A DNA stretch of 64,000 nucleotides from Ylistrum balloti (Eukaryota): NCBI RefSeq assembly GCF_031769215.1, contig NW_026781965.1:124001-188000 (forward strand), in the 5' to 3' direction. The notes under the pieces were generated by a model that was given only the letters and a program-made list of their open reading frames with translations, did no database searches and had not been told where the DNA came from. Position 1 is the stretch's first letter; every line of letters begins with the position of its first letter. The translations under genes were made by a program, and so were the position numbers. Positions 45,101 to 53,559 of the stretch are shown here, in pieces.

Positions 45101-48100
45101 GATATTGTGTATTCTTTGTTTCATTTCTATATTATTTATTTTATACATAAACATGCCATTCTGTGATATCTGTACTGAAACTCATACACAGCTGGACTCC
45201 AGACTGTACAATATTATTTTCATATAAGTCTATGTTTTACAATAAAATGTGTATCAATTTCCTCTTATCTTTAAACGTTTTGTTATTCAACAAAAAACAA
45301 TATTATTATTTAGGTTAGAAAGAAATTTTGACACACTTCAGACACTGTCATGGAAGTTGTGTGTGTATATATATATATACACTAAGCCTTATAACAGTAA
45401 GGTAATGAGTAAGTAATGATAAGTAAGATAAAAATGTACTGAATGAAGATGCCTGTATTTTTTAATTGTGTAAAGTGCTGCTTTTGCCTTTTAAAAATGC
45501 TACCTTCTACCATTTTAGCTATAATGTGTCATTTCAAGGAGGTGTGTAAAATATGGACCCGGAGAAGTCCTCACTCCATTACAACTATATTTTGTAAATC
45601 TAACTAGATCATATTGGAAACAATGATACACGATTTATTCAAGATACATTTAATAACTTGTGCTTCAAACTCTCGTTTCCATTCTATGTGATTTGTTCTG
45701 TTCTTTAGTTAGAGCTCCAGACGTTCAGTAATATTTAAGTGAAAATCTGCTTTCAAGTAGCATTTCTGTTTACTTAAGCAAAGCTATCCTTGACAATCGA
45801 TAGTTGAATGAATGATTACGATAGCCATTGCCTTGAAAATATGCTAGTAACTTATTGCTACCGAGTTCAAAGCTATCGCAATACATTAATAACTAGAACA
45901 ATTGTTACACCACTAATCCTTACCACTTTATCTGATACCCTCACCACTATATATACTCTCACCACTATATATGATACCCTCACCACTATATATGATATCC
46001 TCACCACTATATATATACCCTCACCACTATATATACCCTCACCACTCCCTCAGTATATTTGATATGATACTTTCTCCACTATATATGATATGCCCTCACC
46101 ACTCCCCCAGTATATTTAATATGATACTTTCTCCACTTTGTAGGATATGATGCCCTCACCACTCCCCCAGTATATTTAATATGATACTTTCTCCACTATA
46201 TATGATATGCCCTCACCACTCCCCCAGTATATTTAATATGATACTTTCTCCACTATATATGATATGCCCTCACCACTCCCCCAGTATATTTAATATGATA
46301 CTTTCTCCACTATATATGATATGCCCTCACCACTCCCCCAGTATATTTAATATGATACTTTCTCCACTATATATGATATGCCATCAGCACTCCCCCAGAA
46401 TATTTAATATGATACTTTCTCCACTATATATGATATGCCCTCACCACTCTTTCCCCATATATATTTAATATGATACTTTCTCCACTATATATGATATGCC
46501 CTCACCACTCCCCCAGTATATTTAATATGATACTTTCTCAACTATATATGATATGCCCTCACCACTCCCCCAGTATATTCAATATGATACTTTCTCCGCT
46601 ATGTAGAATATCATGCCCTTACCACTCCCCCAGTATATTCAATATGATACTTTCTCCACTATGTTGAATATAATGCCCTCACCACTCCCCCAGTATATTT
46701 AATATGATACTTTCTCCACTTTGTAGGATATATGCCCTCACCACTCCCCCAGTATATTTAATATGATACTTTCTCCACTATATATGATATGCCCTCACCA
46801 CTCCCCCAGTATATTTAATATGATACTTTCTCCACTATATATGATATGCCCTCATCACTCCCCCAGTATATTTAATATGATACTTTCTCCACTTTGTATG
46901 ATATGCCCTCACCACTCCCCCAGTATATTTAATATGATACTTTCTCCACTATATATGATATGCACTCACCACTCCCCCAGTATATTTAATATGATACTTT
47001 CTCAACTATATATGATATGCCCTCACCACTCCCCCAGTATATTCAATATGATACTTTCTCCACTATGTAGAATATCATGCCCTTACCACTCCCCCAGTAT
47101 ATTCAATATGATACTTTCTCCACTATGTTGAATATAATGCCCTCACCACTCCCCCAGTATATTTAATATGATACTTTCTCCACTATATATGATATGCCCT
47201 CACCACTCCCCCAGTATATTTAATATGATACTTTCTCAACTATATATGATATGCCCTCACCACTCCCTCAGTATTTTTAATATGATACTTTCTCCACTAT
47301 GTATGATATGCCCTCACAACTCCCCCAGTATATTCAATATGATACTTTCTCCACTATGTAGAATATCATGCCCTTACCACTCCCCCAGTATATTCAATAT
47401 GATACTTTCTCCACTATGTATGATATAATGCCCTCACCACTCCCCTCGTATATTCAATATGATACTTTCTCCACTATGTAGAATATAATGCCCTCACCAC
47501 TTCCCAAGTATATTTGATATGATACTTTCTCTGCTATGTTGGATATGATGCCCTCACCACTTCCCCAGTATATTCAATATGATACTTTCTCCACTATGTA
47601 GAATATAATGCCCTCACCACTTCCCAAGTATATTTAATATGATACTTTCTCTGCTATGTTGGATATGATGCCCTCACCACTACCCGGTATATTTAATATA
47701 CTTTCTCTGCTATGTTGAATATGATGCCCTCACCACTACCCGGTATATTTAATATGATACTTTCTCTGCTATGTTGGATACAATGCCCTCACCACTACAC
47801 TGGTATATTTAATATGATACTTTCTCTGCTATGTTGGATATAATGCCCTCACCACTACACTGGTATATTTAATATGATACTTTCTCTGCTATGTTGGATA
47901 TAATGCCCTCACCACTACCCGGTATATTTAATATGATACTTTCTCTGCTATGTTGGATATAATGCCCTCACCACTACCCGGTATATTTAATATGATACTT
48001 TCTCTGCTATGTTGGATATGATGTCCTCACCGCTTTATACAATATCATGTCCAAGCCACTACATATGATGTGATGTCCTTTCCACTATATGAGTCTAAGC

Positions 48101-51100
48101 CCCCACCTCCCTCTATCTTTTCCCAGCTTTGAAACCAGTGCAATAAGAGTACAAGGACAGCTAATTTTAGGTTTGGGTTGCTACTGACACCATACTGACA
48201 AGTTCATGCAAATTTAATTGGTCTTGTTTTGTTAGGCTCCAGTTAAGTTTTCAGGTAAACAATCAATCTTACATTTTCCCACACATATCCCTAACCGGTT
48301 AGCATTGTGTGATGATGACAAGCTCCAACCCTAAACACCCTTCTCCAATATCCATAGAAAAGTGAAAAGCCACTGAAGACATTTACACAAACATTCAGCT
48401 TCTGCATGGCATTGTTGTCCTTGAGCTGGCACCCACCCGAATAACACCCTTAACCATAGGAATGACTCCTCAACATTACAAAAGCTAAACATGTTTTCAT
48501 TTAGCCTATTTTACACATTCCCAATCAATTTGTTGCTATGTAATGAACACAGCAGGATGTATAATTTGTTTAACAAGAATATTAACCTGGACGAACAGGA
48601 AAAGCCATCAGTATTGTGACTACATTTGCAGGCTCATATCTAGAGTACAGATGATTTGATACCATGCAGGCAGAAAGTTGTGAAACAAGTCAGCAAACGA
48701 ATGCAGGAGCAAGACCCCAGCATTTCCTTTCAAGATCTGTATCCATGAATGTTCTTGGTTAATTTGACAGGAGAAGAAACAAATTCAGGAACAAGCAACA
48801 TCAGTACAGATAACTGAGTTTTACCTGACAATCTCAAAAAAATCCTACTTCAGGAATCTATTGGTAACAAAAAGTCATGACAAACTCAGAAAATACCCGA
48901 CAGGAAAAAGACTACCCAACATCAGAATTACTCTCTAAGAAGATGACACAGATGTAGAAAATAAAGATGAAATAATTTGATCACATTAACATTACTAAGA
49001 ATAATGCATTTGTTTCCAGTATAAGTAAGACAGCACCTTACTAACATAAGTTTGTGAAGATAAAGAAATTTATGATCACAGAATTATTCTTGTGGGAATA
49101 TTAGAATGACATCCTCCTTGTGGGGATACTGTATACATTTGTACTGTACAACATTACAGATCTGTTATTAGTGTTGCCATACTCAGATCTCATTGTGGGG
49201 ATACTATATACATTTGTACTGTACAACATTACAGATCTGTTATTAGTGTTGCCATACTCAGATCTCATTGTGGGGATACTATATACATTTGTACTGTACA
49301 ACATTACAGATCTGTTATTAGTGTTGCCATACTCAGATCTCATTGTGGGGATACTATATACATTTGTACTGTACAACATTACAGATCTGTTATTAGTGTT
49401 GCCATACTCAGATCTCATTGTCCACGGGAATACTATATACATGTTTTTAGGGATGTCATACTTTAGCAATACTAGGACTTGTACTGTATTCAGTTACGAT
49501 GTAATTCTCTTTGTTGTTATGGATTATCTCAAAACGATCTTTGTGAAAATAACAGGGACTGGTCACCAGAATTATAAAATAGATGTGATTTACGTGAGTA
49601 ATACCTGTACATTGCTGTTGGACTATTTAAGGCTATACTTAATGTGATCCCATTTTCATCTCTGATAGACTTTGACACTAGGCATTTGTCTTAATTGTGT
49701 GGAGTTCAGTATCAGTAAGTATTTAATTGACAGCTTTCCCTGACAGCACCTCCCATCAAAGCTGTTGACACAAGCCATTATTTATCTCTCCTGGTCTATT
49801 TAATAGAACTTAATATTCTCTTGTTTCTTTTAAAATGTCATGAAAAATAAGTACCCAGCTACATTTTACTTCACATTGAGATCATAATGTGATTTATTCT
49901 GTAAACTTATCACATTTTACTCTCTTAGTTTAAAGTTAAAGGACAATACATGCTGAAGTCATTGTACATCTATCTCACAAGTCCTAGATTGTGAAACCAA
50001 AATCTTTAGGAGGGAGGTAGATAAATGGAGATGTGGCTGTCTAATGGGCCAGGGACAGAGGTAGGGTGATCTTCGCTTTATTAAATGGAGATGTGGCTGT
50101 CTGTTAGGCCATGTGGGGACAGGGGTAGGTTTAGGGGCTGGGTTAGGGATAGTCTTACCATGGGTACAGGGACGTGTGGTTGACTGTTTGGCCATGTGGG
50201 GACAGTGGGTGAGTGAAGGGGCTGGGTTAGGGATAGTCTTACCTTGCGTACAGGGACGTGTGGTTGTCTGTTTGGCCATGTGTGGACAGTGGGTGAGTGA
50301 AGGGGCTGGGTCAGGGATGTCTTACCTTGGGTACAGGGACATGTGGCTGACTGTTTAGCTGTGTATAGCTGACAGGGGTACATGTAAGGGCTGGGTTAGG
50401 GATAGTCTTACCTTGGGTACAGGGACATGTGGCTGACTGTATAGCTGTGTATAGCTGACAGGGGTTCGTGTAAGGGCTGGGTTAGGGATAGTCTTACCTT
50501 GGGTACAGGGACATGTGGCTGACTGTAGCCGTGTAAAGTTGACAGGGGTTTGTGTAGGGGCTGGGTTAGGGATAGTCTTACCTTGGGTACAGGGACATGT
50601 GGCTGTCTGACGGGCCACTCGCTTGTGCTTCTCTGATAAACTGTCAAAATGCTACAAATACAAGAGAGAGGGGTTACCTACACATCAGACTAAACAGGAA
50701 ACAACTCTATCTCTATAGCTACTCTACATACACTTTTTATCCCCCAAAAAAATCCAAATTGATGCCAGATACTAACAGCAAAACATCAACATATTGTTTA
50801 TTTTTTTCCATAACACCACATTCCATCAATTTTTTGCCCGTGATTTCAATATCGGCCTTTACTGATATGGTGCATGCCTTAAGCTTTAGATACAATATCC
50901 TACACGAGTTTTCTTATAAACAGAAAATTCGACCGTAAACCCACACATAAGATACATGTCTGCGGGATATCAGCTGGACAGACTCTGCATTCAGTGGGGA
51001 GGATTCGTGAACGAAAAACCTCTCGACAACAGATACACGACTAGTCCTTAATTGATACTTCACCGGAGTTGTAAACACGTGTTATTCGTCGTGAAATATC

Positions 51101-51402
51101 ATAAGGGATTTTTTTAAAAAATAGTTATTACTTTGTAAATGCTTTAATTTACTTACCTTTTTAATTTCTATTTCCACTCTTTCTTTCACAATATTTTCAA
51201 TATTTCTCTCGTAATTAATGTGATCCTCTTCGAGCTTAATAACCCGAGTTTGAAGAAGGACGAGAGTTTGATGATAAGAACACAGACTCCATATCAAGGA
51301 GCCCAACACGGCTGCCATAAAACACGATAGGCCTATAACAAAAGCATTGTACCGCGAGCACTTTGATTTCTTTTTAACTCCATCCGTCCTGTGTTTCTCC
51401 AT
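86..51402 (-). CDS. Type II transmembrane collagen, MACIT-like (COL13/23/25 / col-99 family); 5' part of a spliced gene that continues beyond the left edge
   Basis: Five GT-AG exons join in compatible phases (0,1,0,0): MEKHRTDGVKKKSKCSRYNA-FVIGLSCFMAAVLGSLIWSLCSY(TM)-HQTLVLLQTRVIKLEEDHINYERNIENIVKERVEIEIKK|HFDSLSEKHKRVARQTATCPCTQG|QKGEKGDTGLR|GEKGYTGFP|GYPGVKGIK. TM + coiled coil + RxxR + CxC + Gly-X-Y is the MACIT layout. Colmedin or EDA-like identity cannot be excluded without the C-terminus. Confidence 0.85.
121..2475. repeat. 42-bp minisatellite (AAATTGTACTTATAACACACTTAAAACAGAGTACCAAAGGGC), ~55 copies
   Basis: Directly visible; it explains the 14-aa periodic ORFs. Confidence 0.97.
2893..2996. 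repeat. 51-bp direct duplication
   Basis: CATGGCATCATGACAGAGCC... occurs at 2893 and 2944. Confidence 0.9.
5247..5560. repeat. Degenerate ~18-19-bp tandem repeat (CCCTTTGTCATAAAACA-like)
   Basis: TTGTCAT core recurs at about 18-19-bp spacing. Confidence 0.85.
5929..6001 (-). mobile_element. Degenerate tRNA-derived SINE head
   Basis: Minus strand GGTCCAGGTAGCTAAGTTGGTAGAGCATCTGTCTAGAGTTTAGAGGGTCTGAGTTGGAACCCTGGTCTGG. A-box-like TAGCTAAGTTGG, decayed B-box GTTGGAACCC, no good acceptor stem. Confidence 0.65.
6638..6664 (-). CDS. Coding exon 4 (27 nt): GEKGYTGFP
   Basis: Acceptor ttttacag|GGA and donor CCG|GTATAG. Three Gly-X-Y triplets, phase 0-0, a typical collagen exon size. Confidence 0.85.
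6654..7282. repeat. 93-bp repeat containing the exon-4 3' splice site, with 35-bp subunits
   Basis: Copies of ttttacag|GGAGAGAAAGG start at 6792, 6885, 6978 and 7071. The 35-bp subunit GACACATCATCACAGTGACATAATCAAAACATAGA continues to ~7280. Confidence 0.95.
7792..7826 (-). CDS. Coding exon 3 (35 nt): (G)QKGEKGDTGLR
   Basis: Acceptor ttttctgttttttag|GA and donor AGG|GTAAGT. Perfect Gly-X-Y; the phase-1 start completes the Gly codon begun in exon 2. Confidence 0.9.
8134..9402. repeat. Composite minisatellite: 36-bp unit grading into a 29/30-bp unit, both with a GGGA(C/T)ATCCC core
   Basis: GTAGGGACATCCCAAGTATATCTATAATTGTATAGG to ~8790, a degenerate zone to ~9040, then TTGGTTGGGATATCCC(G)AGTATATCTATAT. 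Confidence 0.95.
10310..10578. repeat. 50-bp repeat (~3.3 copies) followed by a ~32-bp repeat (~3 copies)
   Basis: TGGTTAAGAT at 10311, 10361, 10411 and 10461, then CCATTGTTTGTTTGTGAATAAATG three times. Confidence 0.9.
11463..14250. repeat. 33-bp minisatellite with an interspersed 46-bp variant
   Basis: CCCTGTGTATAGAGATCCATCACTGGTGTTATA; the variant carries ACATACATCTGATAGAGATCTGTCATTAG. Confidence 0.97.
14932..16855. repeat. 21-bp minisatellite (GGACACTATAAGGCTGTCACT) with alternating variants
   Basis: Explains the 7-aa periodic ORFs on both strands. Confidence 0.97.
17495..18470. repeat. 22-bp minisatellite (GAAGTGGACACAGATACATCAT), degenerate after ~18180
   Basis: Directly visible. Confidence 0.95.
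19020..19270. repeat. Old degenerate ~59-bp tandem repeat (~4 copies)
   Basis: TCAGGA(A)CAC and CTTCA(G/A)GT recur at about 59-bp spacing. Confidence 0.65.
19290..19565. mobile_element. Pearl/CvA-like (HINE-type) non-autonomous element remnant
   Basis: GGTCAAGGTCA internal motif, short CAGA repeat (CCAGACAGACAGATG), then an imperfect palindrome ending GTGAGCTAAAAA. Resembles bivalve pearl-type termini; recognised from memory, no database search. Confidence 0.5.
19995..21490. repeat. 29-bp minisatellite (CTGTATGTTCCCTTCACTAACAACCATAT)
   Basis: Directly visible; two interleaved variants. Confidence 0.97.
22059..22077 (-). promoter_or_regulatory. CTCF-like motif
   Basis: Minus strand AGACCACTAGAGGGGGCTA versus consensus TGGCCACCAGGGGGCGCTA. 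Confidence 0.45.
22183..23110. repeat. 35-bp minisatellite (CAGCTCCCTACACTAACATCCTACAGACTATCTCA)
   Basis: Directly visible. Confidence 0.97.
24903..26100. repeat. 41-bp minisatellite (AGGGTAACATATCAGGGTGTCTGTGGTGTACTGGTGAGAGA), decaying rightwards
   Basis: Directly visible. Confidence 0.95.
27083..27250. repeat. Short ~30-bp tandem repeat (CTGTACAG core)
   Basis: About 5-6 imperfect copies. Confidence 0.85.
27330..27484. mobile_element. Second pearl/HINE-like terminus remnant
   Basis: GAAGATGTTGAAAA...TTGTTGACGATGGATGA..., then hairpin TGAGAC-TTT-GTCTCA and GGTTACCTAAA; similar layout to 19480-19565. Confidence 0.4.
29925..33130. repeat. 44-bp minisatellite (AAACCTACAACCCGACACAGATCATACTCAAAGCTTGAGAGAAC) with 23-bp half units
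   Basis: Directly visible; ~70 copies. Confidence 0.97.
33690..34728. repeat. 35-bp minisatellite (CTAGCCTCCACAGCTATATTACAATACTTTTAGCA)
   Basis: Degenerate on the left, homogeneous on the right. Confidence 0.97.
35481..37150. repeat. 27/30-bp composite minisatellite with a constant TGACCTTTCCT core
   Basis: Type A (...ACTTATTTACACT) to ~36200, type B (...GCCTGTTCATAGGAA) to ~36900, then decay. Confidence 0.95.
37860..38025. repeat. (CAAAC)n microsatellite plus a degenerate ~51-bp triplication
   Basis: GGGTCTGGATTG occurs three times. Confidence 0.75.
40033..40730. repeat. 40-bp minisatellite (ATGTTCCCTGGTAACTCTAAAGCATCCAGATAAAACAGTA), ~17 copies
   Basis: Directly visible, near-perfect. 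Confidence 0.97.
41930..44597. repeat. 31/33-bp minisatellite (GTTACCTCTCATCTCTATACAAATTTATACT) with many truncated units
   Basis: Directly visible; source of the spurious 638-aa ORF. Confidence 0.97.
45920..48050. repeat. ~20-bp proto-repeat followed by a 57-bp minisatellite
   Basis: CCCTCACCACTATATAT.. units, then CCCTCACCACTCCCCCAGTATATTTAATATGATACTTTCTCCACTATATATGATATG. Confidence 0.95.
49118..49420. repeat. 75-bp tandem repeat, 4 copies
   Basis: 25-aa periodic ORFs on both strands. Confidence 0.95.
50021..50620. repeat. ~85-bp repeat containing the 3' end of exon 2 and its 5' splice site
   Basis: GTAAGA donors begin at 50581 (real), 50497, 50411, 50325, 50242 and 50158. Two further donor-less remnants lie at ~50021-50110. 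Confidence 0.95.
50582..50651 (-). CDS. Coding exon 2 (70 nt): HFDSLSEKHKRVARQTATCPCTQ-G, furin-type site and CxC
   Basis: Acceptor ctctctcttgtatttgtag|CAT and donor CAAG|GTAAGA. Phase 0 in and phase 1 out match exons 1 and 3. Confidence 0.9.
51157..51402 (-). CDS. Coding exon 1: cytoplasmic tail, TM helix, coiled coil (82 codons)
   Basis: ATG at 51402. The ORF-track protein has a hydrophobic stretch followed by a heptad-like pattern. It ends at the consensus donor AAG|GTAAGT (51157/51156), phase 0. Confidence 0.9.
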
Positions 51403-51979
51403 TTTGGAAATAATTTTAAATCCCTGAAAGCCAAAGCGAAAGTGGCAGGTAAATAGTCGTTACGTCATGTGTGACAGGTAGCGCGGAGGAGCACGTGTGT
51501 ACGCAGTGTTGTCAGTATCATCACTGACGAGTGTATCTACAGGAGCGCGCCGTCAGTAGGGCAGTTCCACGGTAAGGCTGGCCTTCCATCCTCGCATCGC
51601 TTAACACGGGTACCGGCCTACCTGCCGGGTCCAGTTGTACCTGGCAACGGGTCGGCGATATCAAATTGAACCATCTCATTTTTTTTTTAGTTAGAAATTA
51701 TTTCGTTGCCATTTTATGGTAACTATTAACACGAGTTTGCACGTCTCCTAATAGTTACATCGAGTTAGACATATCATATATCCAAGTATATTATAAGTGT
51801 TCCATAACATATGCAACACATGCACGGTTTTTGACCCACTTTTGGGGGGAATTTACGGAATCTAGATTGTATTTCCATTTGGATGAGGAGTGTGGGACGA
51901 TAGACGTCAAAGAATACATAACTCACTGTTATTGTTTTCTTTTGGCAAATGCCGCTACTATTTGTTGTGGGACAACATA

Positions 51980-52880
51980 CAGTTACAGCGCGGACGTACC
52001 GCAGACAACATTAAACATACACTATAGTACTTTAGGGTAGATAATACAGCAGACCCGAATACAGCAATACATACACATCACGTGCAAAGAACCACTGGCT
52101 AGTACAGGGGTTACAGCTTGGATGGTTACAGCGCGGACGTACTGCACATACCAGAACAGATAACAAGGTACAGCGATTACAGTGTTCGTATCGCAGACAA
52201 AAGGAAACGCATATCACACTGGGTATAATAGAAGTTACAGCACAGTACACACCAGAGGTTACAGCACAGAAATACCGCATACAGCAGTACACCCAAAACC
52301 TTACAGCGCAGAAACACCACATACAGTAGTACACACCAGAGCTTACGGCGCGGACATACCATATACTGCAGTACACACCAGAGTTTACAGCGCGGAACTA
52401 CCGCATACAGCAGTACACGTCAGAGCTTACAGCGCGGACATATCACTACAGCAGTACACACCGGAGCTTACAGCGCGGAAATACTGCACACAACAGTACA
52501 AACAAGAGCTTACAGCACAGAAATGCCGCATACAGCAGTACAAACAAGAGCTAACAGCACAGAAATGCCGCATACAGCAGTACACACCAGAACTTACAGC
52601 GCAGAAATACCACATACAGCAATACACACCAGAGCTTACAACACAGAAATTCCGCATACAGCAATACACACCGGAGCTTACATTACAGAAATACAACATA
52701 CAGCAGAACACACCACAGCTTACAGCGCGGAAATGCTGCATACAGTAATACAAACCAGCGCTTACAGCGCGGACATACAACATTTAACAGTACAAACCAG
52801 CGCTTGCAGCGCGGACATATCACATACAGCAGTACGCGCCAGGTATTACAGCGCGGAAATACAGCATACAGCATTACACA
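51980..52880. repeat. Degenerate ~42-bp CpG-containing minisatellite (TTACAGCGCGGA core)
   Basis: Directly visible upstream of exon 1. Confidence 0.9.
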
Positions 52881-53559
52881 CTCCTCAGTGCTGATAGGTA
52901 TCATAGTGGTGTCAACATACTCGTAACGCAAATCGGGCCTAATTTTATGACATATGACAACTTACAGCCCCTGTCAAGGACAAAGTGACTAACCATGAGT
53001 CATATTGTTTAACCACCGTAACTGATGATTGAAGTGTCCTGGAATCTTAACTTCACAATTTCTTTGTTAGACTTAAACTAAACAAACATTTATCAGTTAG
53101 TCTTTCCGTCTGATGCTGGTTCGGAGAAGATTATATCTGGTCATGTGAGGGCTGCAGCCAAAGAGGTCTTGTATCAACTGGTAACTAGGTATGGAAAGGT
53201 CTTTTTCTGAAGAGGGTTCTTAAAACAAAGGGATCTGAGTATTTCGGGTTACTTTTACTGGTGGGTTTAAATCAAATTCCATTTATAAGCAATTTTATTG
53301 GCATGATTTCATTGACACAAGACAAAAAAGAGCCTGTTTATGTCCTCTCCGAAACATAGCAACACAGTAGTACAAGACAACACACATTTAACTAACAGCA
53401 CCTAAATCATTGAGAAATATATATGTAGACAAGGGAGGCAACTCCTGTATAACCGTGTAATTTTTACTTAAAAACCTTTAATTTTGAATGGTTTATAAAG
53501 AATATGTTATCTATCAGAGGATTAGTCTAGATAGAATTCTGTATACTGAAGGTTCTGTG

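Larger units (their letters stand above)
7827..50581 (-). other. Giant intron 2 (~42.7 kb), minisatellite-rich
   Basis: Lies between the exon-2 donor and the exon-3 acceptor. I found no further convincing phase-1/phase-1 collagen exon by eye. Confidence 0.7.
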
